Positions 47,338 through 57,391 of a stretch of DNA of 64,000 nt are shown here, one piece after another. The notes under the pieces are model-generated. The model was not told the origin of the DNA and made no database searches. It saw only the letters and a list, made by a program, of their open reading frames with translations. The translations under genes and the position numbers were made by a program. The DNA lies in NCBI GenBank assembly GCA_963676915.2, contig CAXXVK010000043.1:96001-160000 (forward strand), in the 5' to 3' direction. The DNA comes from Myxococcota bacterium. Lineage in GTDB: Bacteria; Myxococcota_A; SURF-8; G963663525. Each line of letters starts with the position of its first letter. The first letter of the stretch is position 1.

Positions 47338-48312
47338 TTGACACTCAAGAATTATCTATCTCATCTTACACCGATGGACTACGTTACCGGGGGGTATAGT
47401 CTTTTTTCGGCGCTGTTGATCGCGATTCGACACGAAGCCATAGGTCCGCAGGCGTGGACCTATTTCGGTCTGCATATGATCGTTGTATTTATCGCCCTCG
47501 TGGCGTCCCCCGTGCAGGATTCCGCCCGTCATCCGTTGCTGCAAAACCCGGTTATGCGCTTTTTACGCAACATGTATGCTGCATTTCTACTGGGGATTTA
47601 TTACAACTGGACCGAGCCTGTCAGCCGGATGTTTTTCAGCCAGCCTCTGGATGCTTATGTGGAGGCCGTGGATGTGGCGCTGTTCGGATACAGTCCCGGT
47701 GTGGAACTCGTCAAGCGGTTGGGAAATAACAATTATTGGCTTACAGAATACATGAACTTCTCCTACCTGTCTTTTTATTACATCACGCTATATCTGCCGC
47801 TGTATCTGTATTTCAAAGGGAAAACACGGGAATTTTACCACGTTGCGTTCATTATGACCGTGACGATGTTCTTTTTCTGTTTTCTCCCACAATCGATTTT
47901 CCCGGTGGAAGGCCCGATTTACCGATATTCGGATATCGGCGGACATCTCCATGCCGGACCTATTTCGGCTTTCGCTGCATCGTTTCTAAGTGGAGCCGAC
48001 GTACCCGGATCGGCGATGCCTTCAGGACATATTGCCGGAACCGTAGGGATTTTCTTTTTGGCCTGGACCTATTTCCGTAAAGCGTTCTGGGTTTCCGCAC
48101 CGATCGTGATCAGTCTTTGCATTTCAACCGTATACGGTCATTTCCATTACGTGGTCGATGGTGTTGTTGGAATCCTGGTGGCTGTCATCGGCGTTTTCAT
48201 GGTTGGTCCATGGTTGTATGAATACATGTTTCCCCACCTGCTTCCCCCGCATCTCAGTCCGGAAGAAAGCGAAAGCCCGGAAAGTGCCTACCACGAAAAA
48301 CTGAAAGGTTAA
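47338..48312 (+). CDS. PAP2-superfamily membrane protein, AUR1/inositol-phosphoceramide-synthase-like
   Basis: FP..GP, AMPSGH, STVY...HY.VD motifs; about 7 TM helices. Confidence 0.82.
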   Translation: MTLKNYLSHLTPMDYVTGGYSLFSALLIAIRHEAIGPQAWTYFGLHMIVVFIALVASPVQDSARHPLLQNPVMRFLRNMYAAFLLGIYYNWTEPVSRMFFSQPLDAYVEAVDVALFGYSPGVELVKRLGNNNYWLTEYMNFSYLSFYYITLYLPLYLYFKGKTREFYHVAFIMTVTMFFFCFLPQSIFPVEGPIYRYSDIGGHLHAGPISAFAASFLSGADVPGSAMPSGHIAGTVGIFFLAWTYFRKAFWVSAPIVISLCISTVYGHFHYVVDGVVGILVAVIGVFMVGPWLYEYMFPHLLPPHLSPEESESPESAYHEKLKG

Positions 48313-48574
48313 GCTATCCTCGGGCGAAAAAATCGTTAGACCGCACTCAAAATAACGTATTGCACTCAAAATATTTTAAAGCTCCCATGAAAAAAAATAG
48401 GGTTGCTTGATAACGCAGAGTGTTAAGTTTGATGCGCCATACAAATAGCGAAACGCTAACATTTTCAGGATGATTCGCAAAATGCACCATGAACAGTAGG
48501 TTTTGAGCTTCTAAGTCTTTATACCAACTCCTGAAAATTGTTTTGGAAAAGGAGTCTTTTTTTCGAAACCACGC

Positions 48575-48790
48575 TTGACACACTGCGCAATCTGTGTTTA
48601 GAAACGCCTGACTTTATCCGGGTCTCACCGGATACCGGCGGCTTGGTCAGCATGTTTTTTAACATGAGTCGTCGGTACGACATGAGGCGGATCCGGATAA
48701 TTTTTCAAAAGATAACGCACTCCCGGGGGACGGGAGGCTCTAACTTGCAGGATCTCCGAATATAACGATCAGTGGTTGTATTGGAGCGAA
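48575..48790 (+). promoter_or_regulatory. TTGACA promoter element followed by a highly structured 5' leader
   Basis: TTGACA at 48575-48580; several stems with G-U pairs between 48614 and 48786. Confidence 0.5.
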
Positions 48791-48843
48791 ATCGAACGTA
48801 CCTGTGCTCAGTTTTGTCTTTTGACTTCGTGGAGGAATGGGAA

Positions 48844-50115
48844 ATGGCGACAGAGCGGAATCGAGGTTGGATCGTAACGTTAGCCGGAACCGGCATTAAC
48901 TTGGCTCTGGGTGTTCTGTACACCTGGAGCGTCATCAGCGCGGCAATTCCAAAGGAATGGGGATGGACCGCCGCCCAGAAATCGGACCCCTATGCAGTGG
49001 CCTGTTTCGTTTTCGCTCTGGCGATGATCCTTGCCGGACGTCTTCAGGACCGCATCGGCCCCCGCTGGGTCGCGATGATCGGTGGAGTTCTCGTGGGTCT
49101 GGGACTCTTGATGGCTGGTTTGATGGGCTCCAGCTATGTGGGCTTCGTCATTGGCTTCGGTGTGTTGGGCGGAATCGGAATCGGCTTCGGCTATGCGACG
49201 GCGACGCCTGCGGCGGTAAAATGGTTCCCGCCTGCTAAAACCGGTCTGATTGCCGGAATCGTTGTTGCAGGATTTGGTCTCGCCAGCGTATACATCGCAC
49301 CTCTGGCCGCCTATTTGACAAAAACCTACGGCGTGTCCAATTCGATGATCATTTTCGGCATTGCCTTCATGATCGTGGTTTGCGGACTGGCGATGCTTCT
49401 CAATAACCCGCCTGCCGGTTATGTTCCGCCGCAAGCTGCAACGAAAAACGATAGCAAAGCGGCTGCTCCTGCTGCGCCTGCCGCAGCGATCGATGTCAAC
49501 TGGCGCGAAATGCTCAAAACCCCTCAATTCTACGTTCTCTGGCTGATGTACGCCTGCGGTGCTGCGGCTGGTCTGATGGTTATCAAAAGCGCCGCTCCTT
49601 TGGGCAAAGCGTCCATGGGCGAATATGCTTTCGTCGTCGTTGCTGTGCTGGCCGTGGGTAACGCCGGTGGCCGCGTGCTGGCCGGAATCATCTCCGACAA
49701 AATCGGTCGTCAGATGACGATGCTGGGCTTCTTCATTCTCCAGGCCATTACGGTTGTCAGCCTGATTTTCGTGCAGCAAAATGCTGTGGCGCTGCTGCTG
49801 CTGGTTCTGCTCGCCGGAGCCAACTACGGTTCCAACCTGACCCTCTTCCCCTCGGCGACGAAAGATTACTTCGGCCTGAAGGGATTCGGCCTTAACTACG
49901 GCATCATGTTCACCGCCTGGGGCGTGGGTGGATTGATTCTCCCGCGTATCGCCGGAATGATCAAAGATGCTACCGGTAACACAGACCTGGCGTTCTACAT
50001 CGCCGGTGGCCTGATGGTTCTCGCCGCCGTGTTGACCTTCGTCAGCTCCGCCATGGCTAAAAGCGCCAAAGAAAAAGCGGAAAAGGAAGCTGAAGTAGCT
50101 ACCGAAGCCGCGTAA
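48844..50115 (+). CDS. MFS transporter, oxalate/formate antiporter (OFA) family
   Basis: G..Y.WS, AG.LQD..GPR, GIG.G.GY, VKWFP..K.G...G, N..GR...G..SD.IGR, G.NYG; GGAGGA RBS. Confidence 0.92.
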   Translation: MATERNRGWIVTLAGTGINLALGVLYTWSVISAAIPKEWGWTAAQKSDPYAVACFVFALAMILAGRLQDRIGPRWVAMIGGVLVGLGLLMAGLMGSSYVGFVIGFGVLGGIGIGFGYATATPAAVKWFPPAKTGLIAGIVVAGFGLASVYIAPLAAYLTKTYGVSNSMIIFGIAFMIVVCGLAMLLNNPPAGYVPPQAATKNDSKAAAPAAPAAAIDVNWREMLKTPQFYVLWLMYACGAAAGLMVIKSAAPLGKASMGEYAFVVVAVLAVGNAGGRVLAGIISDKIGRQMTMLGFFILQAITVVSLIFVQQNAVALLLLVLLAGANYGSNLTLFPSATKDYFGLKGFGLNYGIMFTAWGVGGLILPRIAGMIKDATGNTDLAFYIAGGLMVLAAVLTFVSSAMAKSAKEKAEKEAEVATEAA

Positions 50116-50308
50116 TCGAATCAATCTCTCCGGTAAAAAGCGATTCCCGATTTTCTCGGGAATCGCATTGCCGGAAAAATGCAATGTTTGATGGTTAAGA
50201 GAAGGGTGTGGATGACACACCCGTGAGATGAGACACCCTGCCGCTAGGGAATCAGCGGAATTGATGCATACCGAATGATGTGTTTTTTTCAATCCACAGG
50301 AGGAGAGT

Positions 50309-52297
50309 ATGTCCGAAGAGAAACAACAGATTACTTCAATGATGGACGAAAACCGGAAGTTCGAAACTCCCGAATGGGCCGACAAAGCCTGGGTAAAGAA
50401 TTTCGAACAGTACAAAGAAATGTACGATCGTTCGATCGAAGATCCCGCTGGCTTCTGGGGCGAGATCGCCGACACGTTCTGGTGGGACAAAAAGTGGGAT
50501 AACATCCGCAACTTCGATTTCACCGGCGACATTTCGATCAAATGGTTTGAAGGCGCGAAAACCAACATCTGCTACAACGCCGTTGACCGCCACGCCGAAG
50601 CCGATCCCGAACGCGTTGCCATCTACTGGGAAGGCAATGAGCCGGGCGAAGAACGCAAGATCACTTACGGTGAGCTGAAAGACGAAGTCTCCAAGCTGGC
50701 CAACACCATGCGCAAACTGGGCGTCAAAAAAGGCGACCGCGTCAGCGTTTACATGCCGATGATTCCCGAACTTTCTTACACGCTGTTGGCCTGTGCCCGC
50801 ATCGGTGCCATCCACTCCGTGGTCTTCGGTGGATTCTCCCCCGAAGCTCTGAAAGATCGTATCGTCGACTCCGAATGCACCTTCCTGCTGACTTCCGACG
50901 GCACCTTCCGTGGTTCCAAGCCTGTGCCCCTCAAAGGCAATGCCGACCGTGCCATGGAATTGGCCCAAGAAGAAGGCGTCACCGTGAAGAACTGCATCGT
51001 CGTCCAGCGCGTCGGCGAAGGCAAAGGCCTTGACATCGAAATGAAGGAAGGCCGCGATCTGTGGTACCACGAAGCCGTGGCGGAAGCCTCCACCGATTGC
51101 CCCGTGGAAATCATGGACGCCGAAGATCCTCTCTTCATCCTTTACACCTCCGGCTCCACCGGAAAGCCCAAGGGCGTGCAGCACAACGTCGGCGGATACA
51201 TGATCTACACCGCCACTACCTTCAAGTACATCTTCGATTACCAGAAAGACGATGTGTTCTGGTGCACCGCGGATATCGGATGGGTCACCGGCCACAGCTA
51301 CATCGTGTACGGTCCTCTGCTCAACGCCGCTACCGAAGTTATGTTCGAAGGCGTGCCCACCTATCCCGACGCCGGACGTTTCTGGGACGTGGTCGACAAA
51401 TACAAAGTTTCTCAGTTCTACACCGCCCCCACCGCCATTCGCGCTCTGATCTCCAAGGGCGACTCCTGGGTGGACAGCCACGATCTTTCCAGCCTGCGCC
51501 TTCTGGGTACGGTCGGCGAACCGATCAACCCCGAAGCCTGGATGTGGTACTACAACAAAATCGGTGGCGGACGTTGCCCGATCGTGGATACCTGGTGGCA
51601 GACTGAGACCGGCGGAATCCTGATCTCGCCGATCCCCGGTGCCGTTCCGATCAAGCCCGGTAGCGCGACCGTGCCGTTCTTCGGCGTGCGCCCGAAAGTC
51701 ATTCGTGACGACGGAAGCGAATGCAACGTGAACGAAGGCGGCTACCTCGTCCTGACCGAGCCGTGGCCTTCCATGATGCGCACCGTGTACGGACAGCATC
51801 AGCGCTTCAAAGAAGTTTACTTCTCCATGTTCGAGGGACTGTACTTCACCGGTGACGGCGCCCGCGTGGACGAAGAAGGTTACTACTGGCTGATGGGCCG
51901 CGTGGATGACGTCATCAACGTGTCCGGTCACCGCATTGGTACCGCCGAAGTCGAGAGCGCCCTCGTTTCCCACGAAGACGTTGCCGAAGCCGCTGTCGTC
52001 GGTATGCCGCACGATATCAAAGGCCAGGGCATCTATGCCTTCGTGACCGTGAAACAGGGTGTCGATAAGACCGACGACCTGCTCAAGAACTTGGTCAAGC
52101 ACGTCCGTGCCGAAATCGGCCCGATCGCGACCCCTGACAAGATCCAGTTCGCCGACGCGCTGCCGAAGACCCGTTCCGGCAAAATCATGCGCCGCATCCT
52201 TCGCAAAATCGCCGAAGGCACCCCGGATCAAGTGGGCGACACCAGCACGCTGGCCGATCCCTCCGTGGTCGAAGACCTTATCGAAGGCGCGAAGTAA
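50309..52297 (+). CDS. acs: Acetyl-CoA synthetase
   Basis: [53 protein letters not shown]. Confidence 0.98.
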   Translation: MSEEKQQITSMMDENRKFETPEWADKAWVKNFEQYKEMYDRSIEDPAGFWGEIADTFWWDKKWDNIRNFDFTGDISIKWFEGAKTNICYNAVDRHAEADPERVAIYWEGNEPGEERKITYGELKDEVSKLANTMRKLGVKKGDRVSVYMPMIPELSYTLLACARIGAIHSVVFGGFSPEALKDRIVDSECTFLLTSDGTFRGSKPVPLKGNADRAMELAQEEGVTVKNCIVVQRVGEGKGLDIEMKEGRDLWYHEAVAEASTDCPVEIMDAEDPLFILYTSGSTGKPKGVQHNVGGYMIYTATTFKYIFDYQKDDVFWCTADIGWVTGHSYIVYGPLLNAATEVMFEGVPTYPDAGRFWDVVDKYKVSQFYTAPTAIRALISKGDSWVDSHDLSSLRLLGTVGEPINPEAWMWYYNKIGGGRCPIVDTWWQTETGGILISPIPGAVPIKPGSATVPFFGVRPKVIRDDGSECNVNEGGYLVLTEPWPSMMRTVYGQHQRFKEVYFSMFEGLYFTGDGARVDEEGYYWLMGRVDDVINVSGHRIGTAEVESALVSHEDVAEAAVVGMPHDIKGQGIYAFVTVKQGVDKTDDLLKNLVKHVRAEIGPIATPDKIQFADALPKTRSGKIMRRILRKIAEGTPDQVGDTSTLADPSVVEDLIEGAK

Positions 52298-52347
52298 TCA
52301 TCTAGCGAAGCGAAACACCAGACTACCTTCCCTGGTTTCATTCGCCG

Positions 52348-52381
52348 AAGCGGGGACCGCATATGCGGTCCCCGCTTTTTT
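52348..52381 (+). terminator. Intrinsic terminator of the acs operon
   Basis: aagcggggaccgc-atat-gcggtccccgc followed by T6. Confidence 0.85.
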
Positions 52382-52448
52382 GTCAATTGATTCAAATGGT
52401 TAAGGAGAAATGTATAGTGAAAAAGGACGAGAGGAAACTTTGTGCCGA

Positions 52449-53204
52449 CTACTTCTTGTTATTCTCCGTTGAAGCGACTTCACACAGGCAATGCTCTTCG
52501 GCTTCGTCATCACATCCAACTGCGATATACGACTCGCCATAGGTGTTTTGGCAATAGTTATCGCAAAACACTGGTTCGTAGTATAGCTCTTCGGAACATG
52601 CAAGCCAGATGGAGTTTTCTACGCAACGTTCGGTTGTTGAGCTACATGAGATAGGTGAGTGTGTATAAATGCATTGGCATGTTTGGTCGCCCAATATGCA
52701 ATATGCAGCGTATAGGCCTTTCTTGTATTTTGCGTCCTCGAAAAACGGGCATTCGCTTTCGTCCCAACAAGATACCATTTGTATTTTGCCATCGAGGCAT
52801 TTCCAAAAGTTGCCCTCGCTGTCGCATCCTAAAGGAGCGTCGCTGTCGCAAGTTGTCTGAACGCAGCTGCAAAAATTGTCAGAGTTTGTTACGTCACAAC
52901 CTTGGGAGTAGTAATCCGTGCCGAAATGTTCCTGGCAATAATCCATGCAGTCGGAATATGTTTCTTCTTTATCTTCGCAATATTTTGCAACTCCACGGGT
53001 GCAGTTGATGAATTCCGAACCGCTGCACATATAAACATCTGCGCCGGCGGGTCTCATATCGTTATCATAATCTTCTTCTCTTTCGTTATCTTCGTTTTCA
53101 CTGCATCCTGCACCTAAAGCGAGTCCGGCTACGAGTAGCAACGTGACGGCTCGTCGAATGATCTTCTTCGGAACCATCCAACTCAGCCAGCAGGCCCGAG
53201 CCAT
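52449..53204 (-). CDS. Small Cys-rich lipoprotein with an internal duplication
   Basis: Lipobox GAG-C; C..YCQ..(F/Y)G..Y...GCD......C.C occurs twice. Confidence 0.7.
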   Translation of the reverse strand: MARACWLSWMVPKKIIRRAVTLLLVAGLALGAGCSENEDNEREEDYDNDMRPAGADVYMCSGSEFINCTRGVAKYCEDKEETYSDCMDYCQEHFGTDYYSQGCDVTNSDNFCSCVQTTCDSDAPLGCDSEGNFWKCLDGKIQMVSCWDESECPFFEDAKYKKGLYAAYCILGDQTCQCIYTHSPISCSSTTERCVENSIWLACSEELYYEPVFCDNYCQNTYGESYIAVGCDDEAEEHCLCEVASTENNKK

Positions 53205-53546
53205 GATGCTTTCTCCCGACTCAGATTTGTACCGGGCGTTGCGGTAGCTTGTCACGATTCGGTGTTTGAAAGGAGTATGGACAGACATCGGAATTCCTCA
53301 AGAGAAAAAGGTTCAATGTTCTCGTATCGTGGAAAATGTATGCGCTTTATATGAGAGAATGTAAAATACACTTGATTGTCAAGAAACAAAGAAAAAAAGC
53401 ATAGCATTTGATAATGCAAAAGCACAAATAAAAACTGGATTTTCCTATGCCCATCAAGCAATCGGCACTGTTCGTAAATGCGCAAAAAAAGCTTGTTCGA
53501 TATCTAAGCGTATGCTATGCTCTTTACAAGTAAATATTCTTAATAT

Positions 53547-56141
53547 ATGAAGAACGGGTTGTGTAGCACCATGAATAATCGCTTGTACATTCTTGGGATC
53601 AATAAGTCTCATCCTTCCAAAGTAAGGAAAGCTGCGGATCAGCTTAAAACATTTTCTGATGCTGATATTAAGGAAAAACAGGCTTTGTTGGCTTTTGGGC
53701 CTGCGGATTTGGTGTTTGCTCTTCGGGTGAAAAAGTACGATGTTGTTGGCCGACTTCCACATATTCCTGAGATTCGTGATACCAAGTACCATTTGCTATA
53801 TGAGTGGATTCGTGATGACCGAAAGATTCCCGATGGGGAAACCTCCGGTCCTTTGGTCGTCTATACTTTCCTAAAGCTCAACCCTTCTCTTTACTATAGG
53901 AATATTCCCAATCTAAGCAAAAGGACGCCTGAAAAAGAAATCGCCGAAAAACTTTTCGAGGAAAAACTTGCGTGGCGAAAGGTTTTTAGAGGAACGAAGT
54001 TTGATTGGTGTCGGCTGTTGGGAAGCCATGGGTGGGCGGAATATCTTCTCATTTCGGAAAGCACCTCAGTTACCCGTGTTTTGAATTCACTGAAAGAACT
54101 TTGCAATCTTACGATCGGTGAATTGGGATACACGAACAACGAATCTAGTGAGGAACCTGTTTTAATCGATTGCTCGTCCCACGTAACGATTAGCGATAAT
54201 ATGTGGAACAGCTTTCTAGAAGAGAAAGAATCAAGCACGCATCGGATTCTCGATGAAGACAACCGGGATCTTGAAAGCAAAATTCTGATTAGTGTCAAGC
54301 CCACTTTTCAAAAGTCTTTGATTGACTCTTTTTACGATAAATTGCCACTGGAAACAGATCAGCAGAGATGTTCGAGCATTTTCGGTAAATGCGATTTAAT
54401 GATTCACCTCCCGGTGTTCAATGGCAAGCCATTGACGTTTTGTAATACTATGAAAGGCATGGTGAATCTTTTTGCCTCGGAAGAGCATATCCCTTCTCAC
54501 AATTTTTCCGTGACAAGATTTTTTCCGAATAAAGAAAAACCGATTGAAACAAAAAATCCTTCTCCTCCATATTATTCACCTCCGGAATTGGAAAAACTTA
54601 AAATCGAGCAATATATAGAAGGCGAAGAATATAAAAAGTTGCTTCCCTTGTTGTTAGGTAAAGAATTGCTTCTTCTGATAAAAAAAGTGATTGAACGTTA
54701 TACTAATTTAAGAAAAAATGTAAAAACATTCGAATATCTTTTTGGTATGGAGAACACTATTGAATGGATGTTTATTCTTTTAAAAAAGGTCAAATCATTC
54801 TATGACCATGGAAAACTTGAGGAAATCCCGAAAATACAAGATGATTTATATAAACATGTTCGTTTTTGTGAAATCTTGATAAGGCAGGCCACACAAGGAA
54901 TTTATGGATTTGAGGAAGATTACGTTGGTGGAAGAGAGTTTAGGGGAGGTCTTCAAACACTTCAAAAAGCAATCAATAGTATCAATTATGAAATTGAATC
55001 AATTTCAGAGGATTGTTTTGGATTGCCATATTTTGTAAGTGTTCTATTCAGTAACGATGCCAAAATGTCATTTGATGAGCAAAATCAAATAGTGCGGTTA
55101 CCAGTTACGTACTCTTTGGATGTTTATTCCGTCGGTGCATTGTACCATGAAGTTGCTGGACATGCTTTCTTTAGTATAGTCGAGAAGTCTAAGCCGCTCC
55201 CTGAAATTCAAAAAACCGATAAAATACGTATGATCGAGGTGCTCAAAAAGAGTTACCCCAGAGAAGATGAACATACCATACAAGAAGATGTGCTTCCCGG
55301 ATATATGCAGCTTATTACTGAATGTCAAATGGATTTACTAGCTCTTATTATTGGATTTCATTTTGATTTGAGTTCGTATGTCGAAGCTCTATTGCATGAA
55401 TATTTCAGTTACCGCATTACAGGGATACTGGAGTCAACCAGTAATCAGCAAGCGAAAAGAAATCGGAGAGAACAAGATGAGAATATGTTGTTTAGGGTTA
55501 TATACTTGAATGAGTTCATGCACTGGGCCAAAGAGGGATTCGATAATGGGCAAGTGCTAAATCTATCTGGGGCACATACATCTAAGGGGAATCTTATCGA
55601 AGTTCGAACGAGGTATAAAAAACTTCTCAAACATCTCAGTTCGCATCAAACAGATAAGAAAATTGGAAAAAAAATCGAAGATCTTTTGAAGATTTCATTT
55701 CCGACAAAACAACATAAGGTTACCCGTGACAGGGTAAATGAAATTACTAAATGGATTCAACAAAAGCTAATCACAAAAGTTTATCCCCAATCAGATTTTT
55801 CAAAGTTCAATGAGGATGAGTATCGCATGGATGATGATGGGTTGAACTTTAAAAATGAAGAATTGTATTTACAGGCTCTTCAACGATCAGAAAAACTCGC
55901 TAAAACGCATAAAATTGTCAATATCGATCCCAATAACAATCTGTTTTTAGAAGTTCCAGAAGATTTCGGACCATCGCAGATCCTTGTTGCTTTTCGTCGA
56001 TTGCTAAGAAATATTGACCAAACATTTAATAATGAAGAGGATCTTCGAATGGTTGCTCGTAATAGAGCCTGGATAGAAACTTGTCAGTTACTGTCGAATT
56101 ATGCTAGGAATTATGAAAAGCGTAAAATGTTAAGTGCTTAG
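53547..56141 (+). CDS. AT-rich hypothetical protein: about 3 Lrp/AsnC (RAM)-like domains plus a C-terminal helical domain with a zincin-like HE...H motif
   Basis: 864-aa ORF; repeated G..(D/E) beta-turn motifs (FGPADLVF, HGWAEYLL, FGKCDLMI); LYHEVAGH followed by E..MD. Start may be 53571. Confidence 0.75.
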   Translation: MKNGLCSTMNNRLYILGINKSHPSKVRKAADQLKTFSDADIKEKQALLAFGPADLVFALRVKKYDVVGRLPHIPEIRDTKYHLLYEWIRDDRKIPDGETSGPLVVYTFLKLNPSLYYRNIPNLSKRTPEKEIAEKLFEEKLAWRKVFRGTKFDWCRLLGSHGWAEYLLISESTSVTRVLNSLKELCNLTIGELGYTNNESSEEPVLIDCSSHVTISDNMWNSFLEEKESSTHRILDEDNRDLESKILISVKPTFQKSLIDSFYDKLPLETDQQRCSSIFGKCDLMIHLPVFNGKPLTFCNTMKGMVNLFASEEHIPSHNFSVTRFFPNKEKPIETKNPSPPYYSPPELEKLKIEQYIEGEEYKKLLPLLLGKELLLLIKKVIERYTNLRKNVKTFEYLFGMENTIEWMFILLKKVKSFYDHGKLEEIPKIQDDLYKHVRFCEILIRQATQGIYGFEEDYVGGREFRGGLQTLQKAINSINYEIESISEDCFGLPYFVSVLFSNDAKMSFDEQNQIVRLPVTYSLDVYSVGALYHEVAGHAFFSIVEKSKPLPEIQKTDKIRMIEVLKKSYPREDEHTIQEDVLPGYMQLITECQMDLLALIIGFHFDLSSYVEALLHEYFSYRITGILESTSNQQAKRNRREQDENMLFRVIYLNEFMHWAKEGFDNGQVLNLSGAHTSKGNLIEVRTRYKKLLKHLSSHQTDKKIGKKIEDLLKISFPTKQHKVTRDRVNEITKWIQQKLITKVYPQSDFSKFNEDEYRMDDDGLNFKNEELYLQALQRSEKLAKTHKIVNIDPNNNLFLEVPEDFGPSQILVAFRRLLRNIDQTFNNEEDLRMVARNRAWIETCQLLSNYARNYEKRKMLSA

Positions 56142-56213
56142 AAAGAAAACTTGCGTTTTTTATTCAAATGTTTGAACAAATAGGGAAATATGCTAATAAA
56201 ATGCTATAGTCGA

Positions 56214-56243
56214 TTGACTTTATTAAAGTGTCATGCTTATACT
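56214..56243 (+). promoter_or_regulatory. Putative sigma70 promoter with internal palindrome
   Basis: TTGACT-N18-TATACT; 13-bp palindrome ACTTTATTAAAGT overlapping the -35 box and spacer. Confidence 0.45.
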
Positions 56244-56398
56244 CCAGTTTGCAAGAAGTTGGTCGATCTGCATCTTTAGTGGGATGCAATGGATTGGGTG
56301 AATTTAGTCACTACATTTGAAGTTTCAAAATTGGACAAAACGAGAACACTCTCGTTTTTAATGATAATCATAAGAAGCATTTAACTCAATCAATTCTG

Positions 56399-56614
56399 AT
56401 GGGAGATAGATTAATGAGAAGCAATATCGATATAGAGCAATGGTTTCAGGAGAATAAAGAAGCTTTTTTAAGTGAAGATTTGACTTCTTCATTTTCGAGA
56501 CAAAAGCATTTATTATCTTCTGCAAAATTGAAAGAAGGTATGGTTTTTACTCAAGAAGAAGATGAAGCGTATGAGTATATAAATAGAAAAATCCAAGAAG
56601 ACCAAACCCTATAA
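56399..56614 (+). CDS. Small acidic hypothetical protein
   Basis: 71-aa ORF in an AT-rich region; GGAG before the alternative ATG at 56414. Confidence 0.5.
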   Translation: MGDRLMRSNIDIEQWFQENKEAFLSEDLTSSFSRQKHLLSSAKLKEGMVFTQEEDEAYEYINRKIQEDQTL

Positions 56615-56695
56615 CATCCTCTTGCTCCAGATTTTCCCACCTGTTGATGGAATTCAAAGGCTTAAAATCGAACATTAATGTCCCACGATGGGTTT

Positions 56696-57268
56696 AAATC
56701 CCTCGCCTTTAGGCGAAACCTTTAGGTTTTCTCTTGGTGTGTTGCTACTATGAGGCATGGAAAATTACCGAACAAGTGCGCATACGCGATTCGATCTGAA
56801 GTACCATTTTGTGTGGATTACGAAATACCGGAAGGCTGTTTTGGGTGGAGCAGTAGGGCTTCGACTTCGGGAATTGGTCATCGAAATTTGCAAAGCGAAT
56901 GAGATAGAAATTTTAGAGGGTCACGTATCAAAGGATCATGTGCATCTTTTCGTCTCTTGTCCTCCGAATCTATCGGCGAGCAAGATCATGCAGTTGATCA
57001 AAGGCAAAACGTCACGAAAGTTGATGATGGAGTTTCGTCACATCCAGAAAGCCTTTTGGGGACGGCATCTTTGGGCTCGCGGATATTTTGTGGCCAGCAG
57101 TGGGAACGTAACGGATGAAGTGATTATGGAATACATCCGAATGCAGGAGAAGGGCTCTCCTTCGGATGGAGGTAAAAACTTTCGGGTCGAGGGAGAAGAT
57201 GAGCGATGACTTTAGTCGTCGTTCAGCTTCTATCTTCAAGCCCTCGCCTTTAGGCGAGGGTCGTTGAC
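56696..57268 (+). mobile_element. IS200/IS605-family element (tnpA only)
   Basis: Subterminal hairpins ccctcgcc-ttta-ggcga at both ends; right end ...GTTGAC; no tnpB. Left boundary approximate. Confidence 0.88.
56757..57209 (+). CDS. tnpA: Y1 HUH transposase TnpA
   Basis: YHFVW.TKYR, DHVH, KGKTS, LWARGY, catalytic Y in EYI..Q. Confidence 0.95.
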   Translation: MENYRTSAHTRFDLKYHFVWITKYRKAVLGGAVGLRLRELVIEICKANEIEILEGHVSKDHVHLFVSCPPNLSASKIMQLIKGKTSRKLMMEFRHIQKAFWGRHLWARGYFVASSGNVTDEVIMEYIRMQEKGSPSDGGKNFRVEGEDER

Positions 57269-57391
57269 TTGCTGATTTGTACAAGCAAATCAAAGGCATT
57301 GGTTCCTTTTCTGGCAAGTCTAAAGAGCGGTTGAATTAATTTGTTTGTAGCAGGTAGAGAGCTTTTCCTGTCTCTGTTGGCTTTTCTCTCC

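Noticed and set aside
48880-52231. Long antisense ORFs (562 and 631 aa) opposite the MFS gene and acs
   Set aside because: Expected from strong codon bias in the sense genes; no motifs.
57210-57391. tnpB/omegaRNA associated with the IS200/IS605 element
   Set aside because: The right-end hairpin follows about 30 bp after the tnpA stop, leaving no room for tnpB.
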